The notes beneath the pieces were generated by a model, which saw only the letters and a program-made list of their open reading frames with translations, did no database searches and had not been told where the DNA came from. Position numbers and translations under genes: made by a program. Of a stretch of DNA of 64,000 nt, positions 56,654-64,000 are shown piece by piece; position 1 is the stretch's first letter, and each line of letters starts with the position of its first letter. The stretch spans positions 7,015-71,014 of the forward strand of contig JAHJCT010000024.1 in the NCBI GenBank assembly GCA_018812715.1, read 5' to 3'. The stretch comes from Candidatus Micrarchaeota archaeon (GTDB lineage Archaea; Micrarchaeota; Micrarchaeia; Anstonellales; Bilamarchaeaceae).

Positions 56654-58759
56654 TTAATTGGTGGTTTTTCTTGATAAATAAATGAAAGAGGCAATGATTA
56701 TCGAGACAATTAGAAGAGCGCCAATCATTGGCGGAGTAAGAAAACCATTTGAGGTTAGAAGATAGAGTACAATAAAGTTACAGCTTAATATGGTCGTTCC
56801 CATGTAATTTGGATTAATTAATAAAAATAGTATCAAAGCCCAGGAAAGAAGAAAGAGGGCTAAAACAAAATAAAACATTTTATTTTTTATAATTCCTGGC
56901 TCTGAATAGGTAAAACCATTTGCTATCTGATACCATGGAACTGCTTCATTATCATTAAACTCAATGAAATTATTGTAAGGCCGAGTAAAGACAAGATGCT
57001 GGGAACTAGAATTAAGTATTTGATAAGACGCAGGGGTTATTTTTTCATAGGAAACATAAGTCGAATAAATGTTTTTCCCAGCTAGATCAGTAAAATTAGC
57101 ATTTCCAGTTTCGTTTGAACCTATGAATGGGCCAGTTGCTAGATTATTTCTGAAAAGATAAAGAGTTGGTCCTTCATAAACAAGATCAATGTGTGGCACA
57201 ATATTTTCATCTATAGATCCATTAATTGGAACTGGACTGCACCGATAATAAAGTGGAAGATAGTGCATGTATTCATTATTAGTTTTGTGAATAATGATAT
57301 AGCGCACATTAAGTGGTAAAAGCATTTCAGCAGTGTTGTTTATGTTATCCTGATTTTGGCGCAGGTAAAGAAGATATGAATCAATGGGATTGTTTGAATC
57401 ACTATATATATTTCTTGTCTCAATATTTGATGTAGTAATAACTCGTTTTGAAAAGAATTGACTGGCTGGATTACCTAGTGTTTTCTGAGTAGAATTGACC
57501 CAAGGATAATATGTGTAAAGATGAAGAGGTAAAACAAGTATATTTGATTCTATAGGATCTACTGCGATTATACGATCGGCTTCAGCCCAATCTTCTGGAT
57601 ATGTTGTTGGGCCTATTTGCCCTAGAAAACCGAAAAAACCATAATTGTAGATAATAGGAAGAGAGAGAATGAGGAGAAGAAGCAAAGTTCTTTGATGATC
57701 TCGAAGATTTTGAGTGAGATGATAAAGACCACACGTGCCAAGCATTGAATAAACAAGGGCCAGAAGACCAACAAATTTCTGTGTATCACGAAAAACAAAG
57801 AAAATAAAATCTGCGATAGGACCAATAATTGAAGAGATGAAACCTGCCAAAGTAAAAAGAACTGCAAATATGAAAATAAGTAAAAGAGAAATAGCAAAAG
57901 GCGTGTTCGTCATTTTGATAAAACCAAAGGAAACAAGTGCAAAGATTAGAACAAAGGGGATATACCAAAGGTCAAAAACATCTTTTGTATAAGTAAACCC
58001 GCCTCTCCAAAATCCATGCAGGGTGATTATAGAAAGAATATCTCCTTCTGCTCCAAAATCAGCAAGATATGCCTCCGTAGAGGCCGGAGAATAATTTGTT
58101 TCAAACATTAACACTGTTGGTACAATCCAAAAAAGATTCAAAAGCACTACTAAAAAAGCAAGAATGAGTGTTTGTTTGATCAGTTTTAGAGAAGGTTTTG
58201 AAAGAAGAAATAGAACGAGATAAACAAAAAGAAGCATTAATAGCGCATGGATATTGATAGAGATTAAGAACGTAATTAATGCTACTTGAATTAGATTCTT
58301 TTTATCTGGTCTTTTTAGAAATTTAGAAAAGAATAATATTGCTATTGGCCAGAAAGCATATGAAAAAAGAAGAGTCCAGTGACCAGCTAGGAATCTAATA
58401 AAGACAAATGGATTGAGCATATAGAAAAGACCACCAAAGTATCTTGCATTGCCATATTCTTTCGGAAGTGAAAAATGCATAGCTGCTCCACATGAAAATA
58501 GAATTAGGAAAAGTAATAGTTTCTGAATGATAACAACAGATGAAATATCTGATAGCGTTGCCAGGATAAGATCCAAAGGCATAGTTGCCCCATAAGGACT
58601 TGCTGAATATCCATAAAAACTGCCAAAATGAAAATCAGCAAAACTATTTGGACCAAATTGCATATCAAGTGCAAGATAGTAGCCTGGCGGAAGTAATGGA
58701 ATCATTATAATAAATGCTAAAATTCCGTATACTAGCAGAGGCCAATATTCTTTAGGCAT
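56654..58759 (-). CDS. Large polytopic membrane protein of 701 aa. Possibly a YfhO-like glycosyltransferase-type membrane protein.
   Basis: About 13 or more TM helices in the N-terminal domain plus a soluble C-terminal domain. It sits inside the glycosylation cluster. Confidence 0.4.
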   Translation of the reverse strand: MPKEYWPLLVYGILAFIIMIPLLPPGYYLALDMQFGPNSFADFHFGSFYGYSASPYGATMPLDLILATLSDISSVVIIQKLLLFLILFSCGAAMHFSLPKEYGNARYFGGLFYMLNPFVFIRFLAGHWTLLFSYAFWPIAILFFSKFLKRPDKKNLIQVALITFLISINIHALLMLLFVYLVLFLLSKPSLKLIKQTLILAFLVVLLNLFWIVPTVLMFETNYSPASTEAYLADFGAEGDILSIITLHGFWRGGFTYTKDVFDLWYIPFVLIFALVSFGFIKMTNTPFAISLLLIFIFAVLFTLAGFISSIIGPIADFIFFVFRDTQKFVGLLALVYSMLGTCGLYHLTQNLRDHQRTLLLLLILSLPIIYNYGFFGFLGQIGPTTYPEDWAEADRIIAVDPIESNILVLPLHLYTYYPWVNSTQKTLGNPASQFFSKRVITTSNIETRNIYSDSNNPIDSYLLYLRQNQDNINNTAEMLLPLNVRYIIIHKTNNEYMHYLPLYYRCSPVPINGSIDENIVPHIDLVYEGPTLYLFRNNLATGPFIGSNETGNANFTDLAGKNIYSTYVSYEKITPASYQILNSSSQHLVFTRPYNNFIEFNDNEAVPWYQIANGFTYSEPGIIKNKMFYFVLALFLLSWALILFLLINPNYMGTTILSCNFIVLYLLTSNGFLTPPMIGALLIVSIIIASFIYLSRKTTN

Positions 58760-58838
58760 TGGTATGATTTCTCAATCAACCTTAAAAATTAATTCAAAAG
58801 TAGATAATAATTTTAAAATCATATGGCAATAGGATAAC

Positions 58839-59501
58839 ATGGAAGAATTTTATGGGAGGTTTAGAATTTATAATAAATTTTTAGAAGCTCAAAAGTCAGA
58901 TACGATATTGAGTGTTGGCTGTAGAAGTGCATTTTTTGAAGAAAAAATTGCTGATAAAGTAAAGGCTATTTATGCAATAGATATTGATAGGAGACAGATA
59001 GAGAAAAATAAAAAAGGAAAAACTATTGTTGTATTTGGTTATAGTGATATAACCAAAAGGATTAACTTTTCAGATAATTACTTTGATAAAGTAATTTTTA
59101 CAGAAGTTATGGAGCATCTTCCTAGAGAAACTGAGATTAGAGCATTGAGAGAGATAAATAGAATTCTCAAAAGTGAAGGACAAATACTTTTTTCTACACC
59201 TTATAGCCATCCACTATCCAATATTACTGACCCTACACTATGGTTAATGGATCATCGACATTATAAAGAGAAGGAGATATCAGATTATTTAGAAAAGACA
59301 GGTTTTGTAATTGAGAAGGTATTTATTGGTGGTGGATACCTCCAGGCATTTTTCACACCAATTTTTTATCTCCTCTGTCTGTTCAGAGTGCATGATTTAA
59401 TTGGTCGGGCAGCATTGGAAAGAGTAATTGACAGAGAATATAGAGACGGAAAAGGCTTCGGCACAATTATTATAAAGGCTAGAAAGGTAAGAAGAAAATA
59501 A
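58839..59501 (+). CDS. Class I SAM-dependent methyltransferase.
   Basis: ILSVGCRSA motif I-like. EVMEHLP matches the Methyltransf_11 pattern. Confidence 0.55.
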   Translation: MEEFYGRFRIYNKFLEAQKSDTILSVGCRSAFFEEKIADKVKAIYAIDIDRRQIEKNKKGKTIVVFGYSDITKRINFSDNYFDKVIFTEVMEHLPRETEIRALREINRILKSEGQILFSTPYSHPLSNITDPTLWLMDHRHYKEKEISDYLEKTGFVIEKVFIGGGYLQAFFTPIFYLLCLFRVHDLIGRAALERVIDREYRDGKGFGTIIIKARKVRRK

Positions 59502-59525
59502 ACGTGTGGGGATATTAAAGAAAAA

Positions 59526-62500
59526 ATGCAGCTTAACAAATGTTTTCTATTTTCTACATTCATATTTCTTATCCTCTCAGTTATATTTAATCTTCAAACA
59601 ATACTAACAGATGGATATCATTCGTATATAGATAAGAACGCCATAGTTGATGTGGGTTCTTTCAAAGAAGATTTCACCAGTATTTTTAAGAGCAAATATA
59701 ATGGCGCAAATTTAGATATGGTAAAAAGAATTGTAGTTGATTGGATTTTCTTCTTTATAGATTGGGAACAATACGATAAGATACGGTTTGCATTGCTTAC
59801 ATTTTTTACATTCTTCATAATGTACCTGGTTTCTTTAAGGATTATGGAAGAAGAAAAATACGAATTAACAGAATTCAAAAAGAATGCCATAGCCGTTGTT
59901 GCAGCTTTTTTCTACAGAGTAAATCCTTTAGCCATAGAACACTTTATTGCTTATTATCCTGAAGTTAGTTATGCAATTTTCCCCATCGCTTTTTATCTTA
60001 TTTATATGGCATTCAAAAGAAATAATGATGTATACTCTTTATTATTCGGTTTGGTTTCAGCAGTTCTTTTTCTTGTCGTAATACATAATGCAATTTACCT
60101 TGCAATTTTAGCTTGTTGTCTTAGTTTTGTAGCTCTTTTAACTAAAAAATCAAATGTTGAGAAGGTATTCGCAATCGCATTAAAATCAATAATTGGGTTC
60201 GTAGCATTGGCAATTTTTATAATTTTGCCAGTAACATATATGTCACTAAATAGTGGGCTACCTCATCCAGGATATGGCGATTCAATAAGCTATGTTGAGG
60301 CTGTTGGGGAAAAAGCAGAAATGCTTAACATTGTGTTACTTGATATTAATCTACATAACTGGCCGCTTTATTGGGGGGGTTACGAGTATCCATTTGGAGA
60401 TTTTTACTATATATCTATGGGTATCATTGTAGCTGTAATTTTCTTTGTATCAGTATACTACCGTAGTTTTCTCTCCATAGTAGCAACATTAAACTTTGGA
60501 GTTTTTTCACTATTAACTAATGGGGTCAACTCTCCAATAGGTAAATTTTATGAGTGGTTCATCTTCAATATAGAAATCGGATGGCTTATACGTGCCTCAC
60601 CAAAATTCTCTTTTCTTCTCCCTATGTTTTTTTCATTAGTCCTGATTCATTTTCTTGCCAAAATAGCATCTAAAAAATTAATATTTAGTTTGTGTCTTTT
60701 CATTATAATAATTCATCAAAGTATTTTTACTTGGCCAGTGTGGACTGGGAATATGGATGGAAGAACAAATAAATGGCCTGCAAATCCAGAGATAATAGAA
60801 ATCATAGATATACTAAAAAATGATACCGCAGAATTAGGAAAAGTTGCATGGTTTGGAGATTATGCAGCCAGTTCACCAAGAGAAAACATAATTCCAGCTG
60901 GAAATAGAAATCTTGCTTTGAGAAAAATTATAGATAATGAAAATGCTCAAAATCGGATCTCAGAATTAAGTCCAGCACTAGAAATAAAATATCTACTCAT
61001 AGATAAAAATGCAAGAGAACCATTTTCATATTTCGGATATGCTAAAAATGCTATCCCAAATCTTAAACAAAAATTCTCAACAGTATATGATGGGGATAGA
61101 TTTATACTTTTTGAAGTTAATGATAATTTGGAAAGATTTTACTTACCTAAAGCAGTATTTATGATATTTACTGGTTATGATGATCTTGAGATAGTTTCAT
61201 CTGAGGTTTCGATTAAGAAAGACATTGCATTGATAATTGGAGATAGTAATATTGGTATGGGAAAGAAAACAGATGACTACGTAGATATCGTTATATTCAA
61301 TTCAATGAACACACCCTTTACAAACATGAATAAATCTAATATAATAGAAGTTAGGGATTGGGTAGATCAAACAGAGATTGATACAGAATGGTATAACGGA
61401 ATGGCTCTTGATGATACTTGGAAAGGAACATGGCTTAGAATTATTGAAGCGAAACAGCTAGAATCAGATCAAGAAGATTTTGGTTATGGATTGGTATTTA
61501 CATCAGAATCAAAAATATATGCTCAAGTGCAGGAAAATGGAATGTTTTTTTCTTTGCAAGAATTAGAGTTTGATGAATCAAACAATTCTATGTTTACAGA
61601 AAGAATATTATTAAATCAAAGTAAAGCAATTCAGGTTTCGGCAGAAATGGAACTTGAGAATATTGATAGCTGTTGGGTAACTGTTTTGTTCTACAATATT
61701 AACGATAGTTATGTGGGGCAGCAGATAATAGCTGAAGGTGAAGAAGAAAGTTTCAATATCACGAAATCAGTAGAACTTGTTGAAGAAGCAGAGTATTTCA
61801 AATTATTTGTATTGGCACATGGATTCAAGGAACAGAGCAACGTGATCATAAACAACTTTGAGGTCCGCGAACTCGAAATATTGTATAATACAATAGATAC
61901 TGGTTTTGATGTTAATAAAACTGATAATTATGAAATATTTTTAAGAATCTTTAAAAGCCCTCGAGGAGGAGAACTAGAAATTGCAACAAATGACGATTAT
62001 GCCTCCTTAATTAAAACTGAATCAAATGTCACTGGTTTTGAATGGGAAAAGATTTACAGCGGGGTACTTTATTCTGGTGAGAATATAATCAAGATAAAAA
62101 ACAAAGAGGGATTTAATGCGATTAACATTGGATATTATATAAGAAAGAATTATAGTGAAACTTATCTTGACAATAAAGGTATTATGTATGTATTCGAAGC
62201 AGAAAAAGAATTTGGCCAAAACAAAGTAGAATATTTTGAAGATATAAATTGTAGTAATGGGATTGGCGTTAAGTTCAATAACGAATCAAGTCTAAAAAGC
62301 AAGATCCACATTTATGAGGATCGTTTTTATTATGTGGATTATAAGGGCAAGAATATTTCTATAACTATAGATGACAACGAGGTAAATAACGAAGGAATGT
62401 TCCTCAAGAGGGGGGAATATACTTTAGACGTAGTATCTTATACGGACAACGCTATTCTTGATTACATCGTAATTTATGACGATATGGCTAGAAACATCTT

Positions 62501-62840
62501 GGAAGAACTCAAAAATGGAACCAGAAAGGAAAAAGGCATTGTTAATTATGAGAAAACTGGAAGAACAAGCTATGTTGTCTATGCGAATATAACAGAACCA
62601 ACTTTACTCATTTTTACTGCAGGCTATTACGAGGGTTTTGTTGCACAGATAAATGACAGATCTATAAAACCAATACCAATCTATTCAACAATAAATGCTT
62701 TTGCAATAAATGAAACAGGAAATTTTAGAATAGAGATCAAAGATACGCCTCAAGAGTGGTTAGATGTTGGGTTATTGCTATCCGCAACCAGTCTTATTCT
62801 AATAGGGGCATATATTTCAAAAAAGTGGTGTGATGATTAG
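59526..62840 (+). CDS. Very large membrane protein of 1104 aa with an N-terminal polytopic domain and a roughly 650-aa ectodomain. Possibly YfhO-like.
   Basis: Multiple N-terminal TM helices. Long hydrophilic Asn/Ile-rich C-terminal region ending in a TM anchor. Confidence 0.4.
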   Translation: MQLNKCFLFSTFIFLILSVIFNLQTILTDGYHSYIDKNAIVDVGSFKEDFTSIFKSKYNGANLDMVKRIVVDWIFFFIDWEQYDKIRFALLTFFTFFIMYLVSLRIMEEEKYELTEFKKNAIAVVAAFFYRVNPLAIEHFIAYYPEVSYAIFPIAFYLIYMAFKRNNDVYSLLFGLVSAVLFLVVIHNAIYLAILACCLSFVALLTKKSNVEKVFAIALKSIIGFVALAIFIILPVTYMSLNSGLPHPGYGDSISYVEAVGEKAEMLNIVLLDINLHNWPLYWGGYEYPFGDFYYISMGIIVAVIFFVSVYYRSFLSIVATLNFGVFSLLTNGVNSPIGKFYEWFIFNIEIGWLIRASPKFSFLLPMFFSLVLIHFLAKIASKKLIFSLCLFIIIIHQSIFTWPVWTGNMDGRTNKWPANPEIIEIIDILKNDTAELGKVAWFGDYAASSPRENIIPAGNRNLALRKIIDNENAQNRISELSPALEIKYLLIDKNAREPFSYFGYAKNAIPNLKQKFSTVYDGDRFILFEVNDNLERFYLPKAVFMIFTGYDDLEIVSSEVSIKKDIALIIGDSNIGMGKKTDDYVDIVIFNSMNTPFTNMNKSNIIEVRDWVDQTEIDTEWYNGMALDDTWKGTWLRIIEAKQLESDQEDFGYGLVFTSESKIYAQVQENGMFFSLQELEFDESNNSMFTERILLNQSKAIQVSAEMELENIDSCWVTVLFYNINDSYVGQQIIAEGEEESFNITKSVELVEEAEYFKLFVLAHGFKEQSNVIINNFEVRELEILYNTIDTGFDVNKTDNYEIFLRIFKSPRGGELEIATNDDYASLIKTESNVTGFEWEKIYSGVLYSGENIIKIKNKEGFNAINIGYYIRKNYSETYLDNKGIMYVFEAEKEFGQNKVEYFEDINCSNGIGVKFNNESSLKSKIHIYEDRFYYVDYKGKNISITIDDNEVNNEGMFLKRGEYTLDVVSYTDNAILDYIVIYDDMARNILEELKNGTRKEKGIVNYEKTGRTSYVVYANITEPTLLIFTAGYYEGFVAQINDRSIKPIPIYSTINAFAINETGNFRIEIKDTPQEWLDVGLLLSATSLILIGAYISKKWCDD

Positions 62841-62973
62841 AACCAAATCTTTATTAGTTGCTTTTTCAGTTAGTTTAATTATAGCAAGTATATTATTTGT
62901 GATTGAAACGGGGATAAAAGCTCAGGGTATGGCAACATTATCCTGGTTGTTTTTGTTTCTTGCAACTCTTTTT

Positions 62974-63798
62974 TCAATGTTTGAATGTAATGAGAAAACC
63001 ATATAATTTAGCAACAATAAAGCCGATAAAACCGGCACCATACTCAATAAATTTGAGAATAAAAAGACCACACACAGTTGCTGGTTTGTTCTTCAGATGT
63101 TTAGAAAGCCTGATAAGGAAAGCTTTCCTAGAAGCAAAAAAATTTTTTGAAGTTTTGCGATCCTTGGCCAAATAATTTGGCAGTGTTTTACCATATTTGT
63201 AGGACTTGATAAAGATGGAAGATATTGATAGATGATTTGTATTGTGGAGCACTTTTGAATTTATTTGTCCTATACTAAATTTTCGTTCTATTCTAGAATG
63301 AAAATCTTTATCTTCTCCCATCAGAAGAGTCCCATCATAACCGTGAAGAGAAAAAAAGACATCACGTAAGAAAACCCTAGCAGATTCGATATCTCTGTTT
63401 CCTAAATAACAGTTTTTTTCAAGATTTTTACACTTAGAAATGAAATTATTACCATGGCCAGTCTCAGGAATTATAAGTGCGCCGTGATCGGCTATCATCA
63501 ATATTATTTCTTCAAGAATTGTTTTTTCTAAAATCATATCTGAATCTATTGAAAGAAAAAAGGCACCATCAGCTTTGGAGAAACCGAAATTTCTAGAACT
63601 AGGTACTGATACTGAAGATGTAAACACTTTATCTGCATATTGTTCTGCTATTTTTCGTGTTCCATCATTGCTAAACCCATCAACAATTATTATTTCATAA
63701 TTCTGATAACTTTGATTTTTTATGGATTTTAAACAATCTTCAAGAGTTTTTTCTGAATTTTTTGTTGGAATAACAATACTTATCAATGGGTTTTTCAT
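62974..63798 (-). CDS. GT2-family glycosyltransferase.
   Basis: ISIVIPTKNSEKTLEDCLKSIKNQSYQNYEIIIVDGFSNDGT followed by a DxD region. Confidence 0.8.
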   Translation of the reverse strand: MKNPLISIVIPTKNSEKTLEDCLKSIKNQSYQNYEIIIVDGFSNDGTRKIAEQYADKVFTSSVSVPSSRNFGFSKADGAFFLSIDSDMILEKTILEEIILMIADHGALIIPETGHGNNFISKCKNLEKNCYLGNRDIESARVFLRDVFFSLHGYDGTLLMGEDKDFHSRIERKFSIGQINSKVLHNTNHLSISSIFIKSYKYGKTLPNYLAKDRKTSKNFFASRKAFLIRLSKHLKNKPATVCGLFILKFIEYGAGFIGFIVAKLYGFLITFKH

Positions 63799-64000
63799 TC
63801 AATAACACCCTTGAGAAAGGACAGAAAATTTTTTGAAGTCTTGCTCCATGTAAATTTCTTTGAGAGTTTAATAGCAGCAATAGAAAGTTGATTTAAATTC
63901 TTAGTGTTTTGAAGTAAATTTAGGGTCGAGTTAGTTAAAGTAGCAATATCCCCATTCTCAACAAGATGTCCATTGACACCATCTTCTATACTATCACGTA
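63795..64000 (-). CDS. Glycosyltransferase, GT4-like C-terminus. Partial, with the start outside the window.
   Basis: Reverse translation ends ...GHLVENGDIATLTNSTLNLLQN...FTWSKTSKNF...GVIE*. Its stop overlaps the downstream GT2 ATG. Confidence 0.5.
   Translation of the reverse strand, partial: RDSIEDGVNGHLVENGDIATLTNSTLNLLQNTKNLNQLSIAAIKLSKKFTWSKTSKNFLSFLKGVIE

Noticed and set aside
1-64000. CRISPR arrays, rRNA genes and additional tRNAs.
   Set aside because: No regularly spaced short direct repeats were seen. No rRNA-like conserved stretches were seen. No cloverleaf-capable segments other than tRNA-Lys were found by eye. A computational scan is still advisable.

Overview
This 64 kb window reads as an archaeal chromosome segment. 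Hallmark genes are aRF1 (NIKS and GGQ motifs), Orc1/Cdc6, RNase P Rpp21, type-2 IPP isomerase, GGPP synthase, IorA, an AzgA-type purine permease, Lrp/AsnC regulators and uL11. Lipobox and C-terminal TM-anchored surface proteins fit an archaeon. The host DNA is low in GC, about 33-38% by eye.

Three regions stand out.

(1) About 3.9-17.2 kb is an accessory/defence island that ends next to an intron-containing tRNA-Lys(TTT).
- About 6.6-17.2 kb has clearly higher GC (~45-52%). It carries an intact tyrosine integrase, a 5'-truncated VirB4/TrbE-like conjugation ATPase, two VirB2/TrbC-like small membrane proteins and an Orc1/Cdc6 C-terminal fragment. Together these look like a decayed integrative conjugative element.
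- The same segment carries a complete Type I R-M operon, hsdM-X-hsdS-hsdR. X is a low-GC 304-aa unknown gene that is translationally coupled inside the operon.
- The low-GC flank holds an HTH-Fic protein and three uncharacterised genes. One is a divergent singleton; the other two form a co-oriented pair.
- A 15-17 nt direct repeat (aaagccgggtaaggg) occurs three times at candidate island junctions.

(2) About 20.6-24.4 kb appears to be an operon: fni (IDI-2), then a 497-aa protein with a RelA/SpoT-like nucleotidyltransferase motif, then a 428-aa unknown protein. It sits next to an lrp/glnA divergent pair.

(3) About 49.7-64 kb is a surface-glycan cluster. It contains a nucleotide-sugar dehydrogenase, four GT4 glycosyltransferases (one only partial at the window edge) and one GT2, three SAM methyltransferases, a flippase-like protein, two very large YfhO-like membrane proteins and a Cys-rich repeat surface protein. 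Two of the GT4 genes share a ~600-nt near-identical segment.

Other items:
- The uL11 gene sits apart from L1/L10/P1 and has a 23-codon leader ORF whose stop overlaps the L11 start codon as ATGA.
- A divergent beta-carbonic anhydrase pair, one member a tandem fusion with a degenerate second domain.
- An Orc1/Cdc6 gene with an upstream 14-bp palindrome, next to an ATP-cone/Mrr nuclease.
- A 40-nt intron in the T-arm of the tRNA.

No CRISPR arrays or rRNA genes were seen. Every functional call comes from motifs read by eye. No database search was possible.
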